A stretch of 64,000 nt of DNA from an uncultured Clostridia bacterium (GCA_934122115.1 CAKOVU010000001.1:215755-279754), one strand, 5' to 3'; positions 9,668 through 20,128 are shown, counted from the stretch's first letter. The notes: generated from the sequence alone by a model not told the origin. Program-made: numbers and translations.

Positions 9668-10234
9668 ATGGCAGGAGTATATATGGCAGGAGATTTTAGA
9701 AATGGAACAACATTTGAAATGGACGGAAACGTTTTTAGAGTAGTAGAATTTCAACATGTTAAACCAGGAAAGGGTTCAGCATTTGTTAGAACAAAATTAA
9801 AGAATGTAATAACAGGAGCTGTAATAGAAAAAACATTCAACCCATCAGAAAAATATCCAGAAGCAGAAATAGAGAAGAAGGATATGCAATACCTATATAA
9901 CGATGAGAATTTATATTACTTTATGGATAACGAAACTTACGAGCAAATGCCACTTAATAAAGAGCAAATTGGGGATGCATTAAAGTTCATAAAAGAAAAC
10001 ATGAATGTAAAAATGTTATCATATAAGGGAAAAGTATTTGCAGTTGAACCTCCAATGTTCGTAGAGCTAGAAGTTACATATACAGAACCAGGATTTGCAG
10101 GAAACACAACTACAACATCTGGAAAACCAGCAACATTAGAGAATGGATATGAAATATCAGTTCCAATGTTTGTAAATATCGGTGATGTAATAAAAATAGA
10201 TACTAGAACTGGTGAATACATGGAAAGAGTTTAA
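9668..10234 (+). CDS. efp: Elongation factor P
   Basis: Strong match (GDFRNG...KPGKG). Start moved to the ATG 7 nt after the AAAGGGG RBS; the track start at 9650 is likely too long. Confidence 0.9.
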   Translation: MAGVYMAGDFRNGTTFEMDGNVFRVVEFQHVKPGKGSAFVRTKLKNVITGAVIEKTFNPSEKYPEAEIEKKDMQYLYNDENLYYFMDNETYEQMPLNKEQIGDALKFIKENMNVKMLSYKGKVFAVEPPMFVELEVTYTEPGFAGNTTTTSGKPATLENGYEISVPMFVNIGDVIKIDTRTGEYMERV

Positions 10235-10252
10235 TTTAGAAAGGATTTTTAT

Positions 10253-10768
10253 ATGTCAGGCTTAAATGATAAATATAATCAAATATTATTAGATATAGAA
10301 GAACATATTTCTAATGAAGATGAGAAAAAATATGTTGTAGAGAAAGTAGAAAAACTGTCATCTTTATATATGGATTTGGTAGATAGAATTACTAGAATGG
10401 ATGATGAGAGAATAGAAAAATTAGAAGAGAAACAAGAAAAAATCATTAATGTGTTATCAAAATTGCAAGAGTCAGTAAACTTGATAAAGAGCGATATATA
10501 TGAAGATGACAATTATGATTTTGAAATAGTTTGTCCATACTGTAATCATGAATTTGTAGCAGATATAGAATCTGAATTAAAAGAAGAAATCGAATGCCCA
10601 GAATGCCATAATATAATTGAGCTAGATTGGGACGGAGAAGAAGAAAATTCATGTAGTGCTTGCCATGGTGGTCATTGTTCATCTTGTGGAATAGTACATG
10701 AGCATGAAGAAGATGAAGATAATGACGAAGATATTGATAATATAGATGATAACGAAGATGATATGTAA
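10253..10768 (+). CDS. Hypothetical acidic protein with a four-CxxC zinc ribbon
   Basis: CPYC...CPEC...CSAC...CSSC plus a D/E-rich tail. Confidence 0.4.
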   Translation: MSGLNDKYNQILLDIEEHISNEDEKKYVVEKVEKLSSLYMDLVDRITRMDDERIEKLEEKQEKIINVLSKLQESVNLIKSDIYEDDNYDFEIVCPYCNHEFVADIESELKEEIECPECHNIIELDWDGEEENSCSACHGGHCSSCGIVHEHEEDEDNDEDIDNIDDNEDDM

Positions 10769-10771
10769 ATA

Positions 10772-11332
10772 TTAAAAATTAAAATATTCCAAAGGATTGA
10801 CGGCGATGCCGTCTTTTTTTATTGTAAGATGCAAGTGGCAACCAGTTGTTGCTCCATTAGTAGGATTACCATAAGAATCTTTATAAGGATTATTTATTAT
10901 ACCATAAACATTTTTGGGACCTACATAGGAAATTATATCACCACCATTTACTATATCGTTTCTAGAAACAATAAATTCGGAAGATACATGGCAATATGAT
11001 ACAGCAATATCTAAACTATCATTTTTTACAACAATAGTGTATCCGCCGCCAGCACCCCAACTTGCAAAAGTTACTGTTCCAGAACATACTGCCAAGATAG
11101 GAGTTCCTTCAGGTGCAGGAATATCAATTCCACTATGATATGATGAAGCACCAGAAGTGGGGGAAGACCTATTACCAAAATACGAACTTATATAAGTATA
11201 GTTCGTAAGAGGCCAGATAAATTCACCATTGTATCCTGATGAAGTGGAAGCAACAATAGGAATAAAACAAGAAATTAGCACTGAAAAAAAGATTATAATT
11301 ATCAAAAAGAACTTAAAAAAACTACTAGTCAT
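10772..11332 (-). CDS. Secreted M23 (LytM) family peptidase
   Basis: Signal peptide; HSGIDIPAPEGTPILA...GYT..V.H motifs. Confidence 0.65.
   Translation of the reverse strand: MTSSFFKFFLIIIIFFSVLISCFIPIVASTSSGYNGEFIWPLTNYTYISSYFGNRSSPTSGASSYHSGIDIPAPEGTPILAVCSGTVTFASWGAGGGYTIVVKNDSLDIAVSYCHVSSEFIVSRNDIVNGGDIISYVGPKNVYGIINNPYKDSYGNPTNGATTGCHLHLTIKKDGIAVNPLEYFNF
10789..10818. terminator. Bidirectional terminator (gacggcgatgccgtc plus T-run) between convergent genes
   Basis: Seen directly. Confidence 0.6.
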
Positions 11333-11370
11333 AAAATCTCCTTTATTAACTAGTAGTTTGAATAGTTTGA

Positions 11371-11813
11371 TTATTTGTTTTTCTTAGTGAATACGAACAA
11401 TTTACTAAAAATATAATTTCCAACAATAACAACTGCTTGAGCAAATAGTGTCCAGAAAATTACCCATAATCTGCTGTTTAATTTTAGAACTGTTACAAAT
11501 ACAAACATTATTAGCATTTCTAAAACTAAAGTAAATAATCTTGCTCCAACGAATGAAATAAATTCTTTGAATACTTTTTTAGATTCACTTTTAAATACAA
11601 CTGTACGATTTGTTACATATGCAAATAAACATGCTACAATCCATGAAATTATAATTGCTATTTGCAATTGCGTACCGTTAGAAGCATCTAATACTGTGAA
11701 AAGCAATGCATATTTAACACCTAAATTTACCGCAGTAGCTAAAACACCAAATATTAAATATAATATCACTTCTTTATTACAAAATTTTTTAAATAATTCT
11801 TTTAACTTGTCCA
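11371..11813 (-). CDS. GtrA-family membrane protein (polysaccharide biosynthesis)
   Basis: Four TM segments with the GtrA-like pattern. Start set at MDKLKELFKK; the track ORF runs into the tRNA. Confidence 0.55.
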
Positions 11814-11868
11814 TATAAATACTCCATATAAAAATTAAAACCCGAAATAGTTCTATTCGAGTTTGTAG

Positions 11869-11943
11869 TGGCAGGGGTAGTAGGATTCGAACCCACACAG
11901 GCGGTTTTGGAGACCGATGTGCTACCATTGACACTATACCCCT
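11869..11943 (-). tRNA. tRNA-Trp (anticodon CCA)
   Basis: Cloverleaf with a CTCCAAA anticodon loop and encoded CCA end; closely matches the Bacillus tRNA-Trp. Confidence 0.9.
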
Positions 11944-12007
11944 ATCTAATGACTTTTATATAATAGCATACTTTTTTTGAATATGCAATACAAAAATAAA
12001 AAATATT

Positions 12008-12036
12008 GCACTTATGAAATTAAAGTAGTATAATAG
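12008..12036 (+). promoter_or_regulatory. Sigma-A promoter TTGCAC-17-TATAAT for ssrA
   Basis: Seen directly; the -10 ends 12 nt before the mature tmRNA 5' end. Confidence 0.6.
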
Positions 12037-12048
12037 AAGAGTATATGG

Positions 12049-12404
12049 GGATGTATTTGGTTTTCGACAATATCCCAGAAGCATATAAAGCGAGTAGTGG
12101 ATGGCTGCTTCGGCCACTATAAAAAAGCAGAATAAAAATAAACGCTGATAATACAGAATTAGCTTACGCTGCCTAAGATAGGTGGCCCGTCTTCTCTTTA
12201 GAGGCCTACGGCTTTAGAAAAGGCGTCAAATTAGTAGGAAACAAAACTATTTTTGCTATGGAAATAGTGGGTATTAAATAGCTACTTTAGATTTGCATTT
12301 GTTTGTTAATACAAATTTAGAGGAATAATAATAACAAACTGCACTCGGAGAAATATATGTGGAAAGAATATTGGACAGGGGTTCGACTCCCCTCATCTCC
12401 ACCA
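12049..12404 (+). ncRNA. ssrA: tmRNA (SsrA)
   Basis: 5' GGGGATG...TTCGACA; tag ORF ...ADNTELAYAA*; 3' tRNA-like end GGACAGGGGTTCGACTCCCCTCATCTCCACCA. Confidence 0.9.
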
Positions 12405-12478
12405 ATTTCTTTTGCAGCATTCTATAAATTTTATTCTTTATCCATAATTGAATTTACATAGACGGGTAATTGAATCGA

Positions 12479-12516
12479 AAAAACTCTCTACTTTTGAAAA
12501 GAAGTAGAGAGTTTTT
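12479..12516 (+). terminator. Terminator (actctctactt/aagtagagagt plus T-run) of ssrA
   Basis: Seen directly. Confidence 0.7.
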
Positions 12517-12577
12517 ATATTATAAATAAAAAACATGGTACAAGACCAAAAAGGCTCTGTTTATTTTTCTTTATTTA

Positions 12578-12791
12578 TCCTTAAGTTATATACTTAAAGA
12601 TAAATTCAATACAAAAATTATAACAATAAAGTATTAATATTTCAATAGTTTTAATAAAAATGTTATAAGTTTTTTTGAAACGAAAAAAATAAAATATTTA
12701 AAATTTAACAAACCTTGCAATACTACAGATACAAGATATACACAACTTTTATTGAAGAAAAATTACTTCGTTAAGTATATAACTTAAGGAA
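12578..12791. promoter_or_regulatory. Invertible DNA switch 3 (core sites at 12578-12600 and 12767-12791), inserted just downstream of ssrA
   Basis: Core sites identical to switch 1; spacers are reverse complements. Confidence 0.8.
12617..12645 (-). promoter_or_regulatory. Sigma-A promoter inside switch 3 (TTGAAA-17-TGtTATAAT), facing away from the 12854 gene
   Basis: Seen directly. Confidence 0.7.
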
Positions 12792-12853
12792 GCAGTTCGT
12801 TAAAGATAAAAGGCGGAATTTGCCAAGAAAAAACAAGAGAAAGAAGGATAAAA

Positions 12854-14143
12854 ATGAAAAATAGAAAAGGTATTACATTAGTTGCTTTGGTAATTACAAT
12901 AGTTGTTATACTAATTTTAGCGGGAGTGAGCTTGAATTTGATTTTTGGAGAAAATGGAATATTAAGAAAGAGTGAGTACACTGCTAATAAGTATAGTAAG
13001 CAGAATGAAAATGAGCAGACAGAATTAAATGATATAAATTTATGGATTGATGAGAGCACTGAGAAGCTAATAAAAGTAAATGTGAATGAAAAGGCAAAAA
13101 TCAATGGAACCATAAATGGCGAAAAAGCAAGCAATAATAATCCTGTAATACCCAAAGGTTATATACCTATAGATGCTGGAAATGCAATTTGGGGAGATGG
13201 TATAAGCAGCCCAGCTCAAAATTCGGTGGATAATGGTCTAGTAATAAAAGATGATGATGGTAATGAATGGGTGTGGGTACCTGTAGATGAAGAAACAATA
13301 AAGAAAATGTATGTTGTTTCTGATAAAGAAAACGGAGAAAAACTAGCAGGTGAAACAGAAATTACAACCAAATTTTATTCTAATACTACAACTATAGGTA
13401 AAGAAGGAGACACAGTTAAGATTGATAGAGTAAAGCCAAATGAGTCAGAATACAGAGAACCAGACTTGGTAACAAAATATGATTTAGAAGAAGAATATTA
13501 TAAAAATATATTGGATTTTAAAAGCCCAAAAGATATGGCAGAAGCATTTACAAAAGAATATGAAAATATGCTCAAAAGCATAGCAAAATATGGTGGATTT
13601 TACATAGGAAGATATGAATTATCGAATGAAGGCGTGCAAAAGAGAAAAACAGTTTTGTTTAATACGAATTGGTATAATTTATATAAGGAATGTGCAACAT
13701 TAAATGCAAGTGAAAAAGTTGAGACAAGAATGATATGGGGGGTTCAGTGGGATTTAACATGTGATTTTATATCTAAGAAAGGAGAAAAGAAAAGTATAAC
13801 AGATTCACGCAGTTGGGGCAATTTTTTAGATAGTATAGATAATGCTGCAGTAATGGACGGAACAACTAAAAAATATGGAGAGGGGCAAACAACTGGATTT
13901 AGTGAATATTGGAAAGCAAATAATATATATGATTTTGCGGGGAATTATGTGGAATGGACTCAAGAAGCGGGAAGTAATAATGAATGTAGAAGCCTAATGG
14001 GAAGAGACTATAAAACAGAAGGTGCTTCATCATGTACTTCAAGAATAAGACATTATCCAAATGAAGACCATCATAATAGAATACGGCACAAGACCAACTT
14101 TGATAATACTGGACTAATTAAAAATTATATGATAGAATTTTGA
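12854..14143 (+). CDS. Pilin-like N-terminus fused to an FGE/SUMF1-type domain, 429 aa
   Basis: N-terminus KGITLVALVITIVVILILAGVSL; C-terminus shares NNIYDFAGN.VEW and the GFYIGRYELSNEGVQK block with 3882. Confidence 0.7.
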   Translation: MKNRKGITLVALVITIVVILILAGVSLNLIFGENGILRKSEYTANKYSKQNENEQTELNDINLWIDESTEKLIKVNVNEKAKINGTINGEKASNNNPVIPKGYIPIDAGNAIWGDGISSPAQNSVDNGLVIKDDDGNEWVWVPVDEETIKKMYVVSDKENGEKLAGETEITTKFYSNTTTIGKEGDTVKIDRVKPNESEYREPDLVTKYDLEEEYYKNILDFKSPKDMAEAFTKEYENMLKSIAKYGGFYIGRYELSNEGVQKRKTVLFNTNWYNLYKECATLNASEKVETRMIWGVQWDLTCDFISKKGEKKSITDSRSWGNFLDSIDNAAVMDGTTKKYGEGQTTGFSEYWKANNIYDFAGNYVEWTQEAGSNNECRSLMGRDYKTEGASSCTSRIRHYPNEDHHNRIRHKTNFDNTGLIKNYMIEF

Positions 14144-14178
14144 TAGATTTACAAACTCAACAAAGGAGGAGGAGTTTT

Positions 14179-15000
14179 TTGAAAATTACAGACATTAAAG
14201 AATTGGAAATGCTATCAAATAATATTAGAAAAGGAATAATAGAAGAAGTATATTCTGCACAATCAGGGCACCCAGGAGGAGCGCTATCAATAGCAGATAT
14301 ATTAACAGTGCTATATTTTAATCAAATGAATATAAATCCACAAGAACCAAAATCAAATTTAAGAGATAGATTGGTGCTATCAAAAGGGCATGCGTCTGCA
14401 GCCTTATATGCAGCATTAGCAGAAAGAGGTTTCTTAGATAAAGAAGAATTAAAAACTTTTAGAAAATTAGGAAGCAGATTACAAGGACATCCAGATATGG
14501 AAAAAGTACCTGGAATAGATATGTCCACAGGTTCATTGGGGCAGGGATTATCAGTAGCTAATGGGATGGCAATCGCTTCTAAAATGGACAATCTAGGTTG
14601 CAGGGTATATTGCATATTAGGTGATGGAGAGATAGAAGAAGGCCAAATATGGGAAGCAGCGATGACTTCAAATAAGTATAAACTGGATAATTTGTGTGTG
14701 ATTCTAGATTATAATGGACTTCAAATAGATGGAACAATAGAAGAAGTGAAAGGGCTAGATTGCATAGAAAGCAAGTGGAAATCTTTTGGATTTAATACAA
14801 TACTATGCGATGGACACAATATAGAAGAATTGATAAATGCTTTTGAAACAGCAAAACAAACTAAAGATGTTCCAAGTATAATTATTGCAAAAACAATAAA
14901 AGGAAAAGGTGTATCTTTTATGGAAGGTAAAGCCGAATGGCATGGTAAAGCACCTAATGAGGAAGAATATAATAAAGCAATGAAAGAGCTTGGAAAGTAA
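14179..15000 (+). CDS. Transketolase, N-terminal (thiamine-diphosphate-binding) subunit
   Basis: SGHPGG and GDGE motifs. TTG start after a GGAGGAGG RBS; the track start at 14140 is likely too long. Confidence 0.8.
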   Translation: MKITDIKELEMLSNNIRKGIIEEVYSAQSGHPGGALSIADILTVLYFNQMNINPQEPKSNLRDRLVLSKGHASAALYAALAERGFLDKEELKTFRKLGSRLQGHPDMEKVPGIDMSTGSLGQGLSVANGMAIASKMDNLGCRVYCILGDGEIEEGQIWEAAMTSNKYKLDNLCVILDYNGLQIDGTIEEVKGLDCIESKWKSFGFNTILCDGHNIEELINAFETAKQTKDVPSIIIAKTIKGKGVSFMEGKAEWHGKAPNEEEYNKAMKELGK

Positions 15001-15003
15001 GAG

Positions 15004-15936
15004 GTGAGTTTTATGGATATAAATAGAAAAATAGCAACTAGAGCAAGCTATGGCGAAGCATTAGCAGAACTAGGAAGCGAAAATGAAAATGTGGTGGTAC
15101 TAGATGCAGATTTATCAGGAGCAACAAAAACATCAGTATTTGCTAAAAAGTTTCCAGATAGATTTTTTGATGTGGGAATTGCCGAACAAGATTTAATGGG
15201 AACTGCAACAGGGATGGCAACATTTGGAAAAATACCATATGTAAGTACATTTGCAGTATTTGCAGCAGGAAGAGCATATGACCAAGTAAGAAACACAATA
15301 GCCCATACAAATTCAAATGTAAAAATTTGTGCAACGCATGCAGGAATAACAGTAGGAGAAGATGGGGCTACGCACCAAATGCTAGAAGATATAGGAATGA
15401 TGAAAGCTATTCCTAATATGACTGTTATTTGCCCATCAGATGATACACAAACCAAATGGATAATAAAAGAAATTTCTAAAATAGATGGCCCGGTGTATGT
15501 AAGATTATCAAGATTGGCTACACCAGTAATTTATGAAGAAGACAATCAATTTGAAATAGGCAAGGGTGTTCAAATTGGTAATGGAACAGATGCAACAATA
15601 ATTGCTACAGGAGTAACAGTGGCAGAAGCCATAAAAGCACAAGAAATATTAAAAGGAAAAGGCATAGATGTAAGAGTAGTAGATATGCATACAATAAAAC
15701 CAATAGATAAAGAACTTATTATAAAATGTGCGAAAGAAACGAAAAGAATAATAACAATAGAGGACCATAGCACAATTGGAGGATTAGGAAGTTCAGTATG
15801 TGATGTGTTATCAGAAAATTATCCAACAAAAGTGGAAAAAATGGGAATTAATGACAAATTTGGAGAATCAGGAAAAGCCGAAGAATTAATGAGATTCTAT
15901 GGGATAGATGCACAAGCAATAGTTGAAAAATTTTAG
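15004..15936 (+). CDS. Transketolase, C-terminal (pyrimidine-binding) subunit
   Basis: Typical split-transketolase partner. Confidence 0.85.
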   Translation: MSFMDINRKIATRASYGEALAELGSENENVVVLDADLSGATKTSVFAKKFPDRFFDVGIAEQDLMGTATGMATFGKIPYVSTFAVFAAGRAYDQVRNTIAHTNSNVKICATHAGITVGEDGATHQMLEDIGMMKAIPNMTVICPSDDTQTKWIIKEISKIDGPVYVRLSRLATPVIYEEDNQFEIGKGVQIGNGTDATIIATGVTVAEAIKAQEILKGKGIDVRVVDMHTIKPIDKELIIKCAKETKRIITIEDHSTIGGLGSSVCDVLSENYPTKVEKMGINDKFGESGKAEELMRFYGIDAQAIVEKF

Positions 15937-15988
15937 TTTTAATTGTGAATTTTTTGTGAATTTTAAGAAAAGGAGAAAAATAAAGAAA

Positions 15989-16040
15989 AGTAGTATTTTA
16001 GGTAGTTTAATGCTCTAAAATACTATTTTTTTTAGAAAAA
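15989..16040 (+). terminator. Terminator hairpin (tagtattttag...ctaaaatacta) plus T8
   Basis: Seen directly. Confidence 0.55.
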
Positions 16041-16097
16041 TAGTATTGCAATTAATTGTGTTTATTGTTATGATATAGAAGAACTATTATAGAAAAA

Positions 16098-16802
16098 TTG
16101 AAAGGAAAGAAACTCGTAATGATAGAATTTAGAAATGTTTCTAAAAAATATGATACTGGAACAGAAGCTGTGCATAATGCTAGTTTTAAGATAGAAAAAG
16201 GAGATTTTGCCTTTTTAGTAGGAAGCTCTGGTTCAGGAAAATCTACATTAATAAAATTAATATTAAAAGAAGAAGAGCCTACATCAGGCAATATTATAAT
16301 AAATGGAAAAGATACTACATTTTTAAAACCAAAAAGAGTTCCATATTTACGTAGGAGTATGGGAGTTGTGTTTCAAGACTTTAGGCTTTTACCAGATAAA
16401 ACAGTGTACGAAAATGTAGCTTTTGCAATGTATATAGTAAATGCTACACCAAAGCATATAAGAAGGCAAGTACCAATGGTATTATCAATGGTAGGGCTTA
16501 CAGATAAAGCAAAAGTATACCCAAATGAATTGTCAGGAGGGGAACAGCAAAGAGTAGCTTTAGCAAGAGCCTTAGTAAATAATCCATCAATGCTAATTGC
16601 AGATGAGCCTACAGGTAACTTGGATCCAGAAACAGCATGGGATATAATGAAATTGCTAAATGAAATAAATTTAAGGGGCACAACATTAGTAGTAGCAACA
16701 CATGCTAAGGACATTGTAGACAGAATGAATAAAAGAGTTATCCGTATAGAAAAAGGAAATATAATAAGTGATAAAAAAGGTGGGTATGATAGTGAAGCAT
16801 AA
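16098..16802 (+). CDS. ftsE: Cell-division ABC ATPase FtsE
   Basis: Walker A GSSGSGKST, signature LSGGEQQR, Walker B LIADEPTGNLD. Confidence 0.9.
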   Translation: MKGKKLVMIEFRNVSKKYDTGTEAVHNASFKIEKGDFAFLVGSSGSGKSTLIKLILKEEEPTSGNIIINGKDTTFLKPKRVPYLRRSMGVVFQDFRLLPDKTVYENVAFAMYIVNATPKHIRRQVPMVLSMVGLTDKAKVYPNELSGGEQQRVALARALVNNPSMLIADEPTGNLDPETAWDIMKLLNEINLRGTTLVVATHAKDIVDRMNKRVIRIEKGNIISDKKGGYDSEA

Positions 16803-17691
16803 TGTTTTATGGTATTTATTAGGAGAAGGTTTTAGAAATGTATTTAATAATAAAAAATCATCAGGTGCATCACTAGCAATAATGTGTGCAACTATGCTGA
16901 TTTTTGGGGTATTCTTTCTAATTGTAGAAAACATAAATAATATGGTAAATACATTGGAAGAAAAACAAGGAATGCAAGTGTTTATAAAAGAAGATGCAAC
17001 AGATGCAGATATGGAAAAATTAGGAGAACAAATAAAAGCACTAGATGGAGTAAACACGGTTACCTTTGTATCAAAAGCAGAAGCTTTAGATAGTGTAAAG
17101 CAAAAATTAAAAGATAAACAAAAAATATTAATAGGCTGGGATGAAGAAAATCCATTCAGAGCATCATATGTAGTAACATTAACAGATTTAAAGCTTAGCT
17201 CATCAATACAAGATGAAATTTCAAAATTCGATAATATTTACAGCATAGAAAGTAAAGATGAAACAATTAATGCATTAGTATCAATAGCAAATGGCGTTAG
17301 AATAGTTTCTGCAACAATATTAATTCTATTAATATTAATATCAGTATTTATAATAGCAAATACAATTAAGCTAACAGTACATGCAAGAAGAAAAGAAATA
17401 TCTATAATGAAATATGTTGGAGCAACAGATGGATTTATAAGATGGCCTTTCATAATAGAAGGTATATTAATAGGAATGATGGCAGCGCTAATATCTGTAG
17501 GATTACTAGCAATAGTGTACACATTATTATCAAACTCAATGCAAAATTCAACGGTAATCCAAAGAATGGGAGTAAACTTATTAGCATTTAATCAAATGAT
17601 AAATCTGCTAGCCATAGTGTATGTAATAATGGGAACTGGAATAGGTGCATTAGGAAGTAGCATTTCAATGAGAAAATATTTAAAAGTTTAA
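16786..17691 (+). CDS. ftsX: Cell-division permease-like protein FtsX (start uncertain: 16768, 16786 or 16792)
   Basis: Four-TM topology with a large extracellular loop; overlaps the ftsE stop. Confidence 0.8.
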   Translation: MIVKHNVLWYLLGEGFRNVFNNKKSSGASLAIMCATMLIFGVFFLIVENINNMVNTLEEKQGMQVFIKEDATDADMEKLGEQIKALDGVNTVTFVSKAEALDSVKQKLKDKQKILIGWDEENPFRASYVVTLTDLKLSSSIQDEISKFDNIYSIESKDETINALVSIANGVRIVSATILILLILISVFIIANTIKLTVHARRKEISIMKYVGATDGFIRWPFIIEGILIGMMAALISVGLLAIVYTLLSNSMQNSTVIQRMGVNLLAFNQMINLLAIVYVIMGTGIGALGSSISMRKYLKV

Positions 17692-17706
17692 AAGGAGAAA
17701 AAACGT

Positions 17707-18870
17707 ATGAAAACAAAATTATTAATCAAACTACTGTCAATACTTGTAGTTTTGAGCATAATTAGTTCAATTACATTAAAAGTATTTGCTGCAACTGAGC
17801 AAGATAAAAGCAATTTACAAGATAAAATAAATCAAACAAAGCAGGATTTAAATAATATATCTGATAATAAGGAAGAAGCTCAAAGTGAATTAGATAAAAT
17901 AAATGATCAAGTAAGCCAAGTACAAAACGATATATCAAAATTAAAAGCTCAACTTTCAGAATTAAATTCGCAAATAGCAGAGAAAGAAGCGGAAATAACC
18001 AAAGAAGAAGAAGAGATAAAAGCTAAGGACGAGCTTTTGAAGCAAAGAATGGTTGCTCTATATGAAGCTGGTGATACTACATTTTTAGATGTATTGCTTA
18101 ATTCTGATAATCTATTAGATTTTATATCTGGTTATTCTGTAATTCAAACAATAGTTGAAACAGATACAAAATTAATAAATGAATTGGAAGCTCAAAAAGA
18201 ACAATTAGAGAAAGATAAAGAAGAAATAGAATCAAATAAAAGCAAAGTAGAAGACCTAAAAAAAGAGCAAGAAATAAAAAATGCAACATTAATAAGCTTA
18301 CAAGATAGCAAAAAATCAGAGGTAAATAAGTTATCAGAAGAAGAAAAGAAAAAGCAATCAGAATTAGAAGAATATAATGCTGCAATGGTAAAAGTAAATG
18401 AAGAATTGGAAAGAATTTGGCAAGAAAACCAGAAGAAAACTGATGGAATAAATTTTGATGGAAGTTTTATATGGCCTTGCAATAATAAGCAAGTAACATC
18501 AAGAATGAAATATAGATGGGGAAGATGGCATAAAGGTATAGATATAGGTGCAAGATATGAAAATGTATATGCTGCAGCTTCAGGGTATGCTTATAATGAT
18601 ACAAATCCAGGGGGATATGGTATATACATAATGATAATTCATGGCGGTGGATATGTAACATTATATGGACATTTAAATTCTAGCCACATATCAAATGGAC
18701 AATATGTTTCACAAGGACAAGTTATAGCAACTTCAGGAAATTCTGGAGGAAGCACAGGAGCACATTTACATTTTGAAATAAGAAAAGCATCATCAAGAGC
18801 TGATTTCTTCGGAAATAACTGGTTAAACCCATTGGATTATTTACCTGGCGGATATACAATGTTAGACTAA
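17707..18870 (+). CDS. Coiled-coil M23 peptidase (EnvC-like, FtsEX-associated)
   Basis: Signal peptide, long coiled coil, C-terminal HKGIDI...GHLHFE LytM domain. Confidence 0.75.
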   Translation: MKTKLLIKLLSILVVLSIISSITLKVFAATEQDKSNLQDKINQTKQDLNNISDNKEEAQSELDKINDQVSQVQNDISKLKAQLSELNSQIAEKEAEITKEEEEIKAKDELLKQRMVALYEAGDTTFLDVLLNSDNLLDFISGYSVIQTIVETDTKLINELEAQKEQLEKDKEEIESNKSKVEDLKKEQEIKNATLISLQDSKKSEVNKLSEEEKKKQSELEEYNAAMVKVNEELERIWQENQKKTDGINFDGSFIWPCNNKQVTSRMKYRWGRWHKGIDIGARYENVYAAASGYAYNDTNPGGYGIYIMIIHGGGYVTLYGHLNSSHISNGQYVSQGQVIATSGNSGGSTGAHLHFEIRKASSRADFFGNNWLNPLDYLPGGYTMLD

Positions 18871-18892
18871 TACATATGAAGGGAGAACATTT

Positions 18893-20128
18893 ATGAGAAA
18901 AAAGATATTATCATGTATATTGATGTGTTTGATAATAGTATCTTTCTCAATAAATGTTTTTTCTGTTGATGAAAATCAAGAAACAAATAGCATTGCAGAG
19001 AACAAAACACTAGAAGAACAACAAAGAGAATTGAACACAAAAATAGATGAATCAAACACAAAGCTGGAATATGTGCAAGGTGAGATGGGAGAAACATTAA
19101 AAAAAGTAGAGGAACTAAATGACTCTATTACAGATTACGAAGCACAATACTCAGATTTAGAAAATCAAATTACAACATTAGAAAATCAAATAAAAACTGA
19201 CAGTGCACAAATACAAGAAATACAAGAAGAATATGATAGAAAAGAAAAAATATTAAAAAGAAGAACAGTAGCATTATATGAAGCAGGAGAAACAACTTAC
19301 TTAGACTTTTTGTTAACATCAAAAAGCATAGTAGAATTTTTATCAAATTATTTTATTATTAGTGAAATAATAGAATATGATAATAATTTATTAGAAGAAT
19401 TAGATTACAAAAAAACTAAATTAGAAGAAGCAAAACAAAAACAGGAAGAACAAGAGAAAGAATTAAGAGTTGCTAAAAATAAAATAAATAGCACAAACAT
19501 ATTATTAAACAATACAAAGATTTTAAAAGAAAATTATATGCTAAAATTAACAGATGAAGAAAAGACTTTGCAAGAGCAAATAGCGCAATATAAGGAAGAG
19601 CAGGCGGACTTAGAAAGAAAAATTTTAGCTTCAATAAATTGGACAGGTACCATGTCTATAAAATTTACAGGTGGAGTGATGGTATGGCCCATTGCAATGG
19701 AAGGCACATACATAACATCTGGATATGGAAATAGGTTGCATCCAATACAGGGAGTGTATAAAAACCATGCTGGAATAGATATATCAGGAAGCAACGTGAA
19801 TGGAGCGCCAGTGGTTGCAGCAGCAGATGGTGTAGTTACATATGCTGGTTGGATTGGCGGATATGGAAATTGCATAATAATAAACCACGGAAGCGGAATA
19901 GTTTCGCTATATGGCCATGGTTCGGAAACTGTTGCTACAGTTGGGCAAGTTGTAAAGCAAGGTGATATAATAATGAAAGTTGGCTCAACCGGAAATTCAA
20001 CAGGCCCACATGTGCATTTTGAGATAAGAAAAAATGGAGAAGTGGTAGATCCAATTCCATATTTAAATGGTGAAATAACAAACATAGATGGAGAAAATAC
20101 AAATAATGAAATTGCAAATAGTGAATGA
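18893..20128 (+). CDS. Second coiled-coil M23 peptidase
   Basis: Same architecture; HAGIDI...PHVHFE. Confidence 0.75.
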   Translation: MRKKILSCILMCLIIVSFSINVFSVDENQETNSIAENKTLEEQQRELNTKIDESNTKLEYVQGEMGETLKKVEELNDSITDYEAQYSDLENQITTLENQIKTDSAQIQEIQEEYDRKEKILKRRTVALYEAGETTYLDFLLTSKSIVEFLSNYFIISEIIEYDNNLLEELDYKKTKLEEAKQKQEEQEKELRVAKNKINSTNILLNNTKILKENYMLKLTDEEKTLQEQIAQYKEEQADLERKILASINWTGTMSIKFTGGVMVWPIAMEGTYITSGYGNRLHPIQGVYKNHAGIDISGSNVNGAPVVAAADGVVTYAGWIGGYGNCIIINHGSGIVSLYGHGSETVATVGQVVKQGDIIMKVGSTGNSTGPHVHFEIRKNGEVVDPIPYLNGEITNIDGENTNNEIANSE

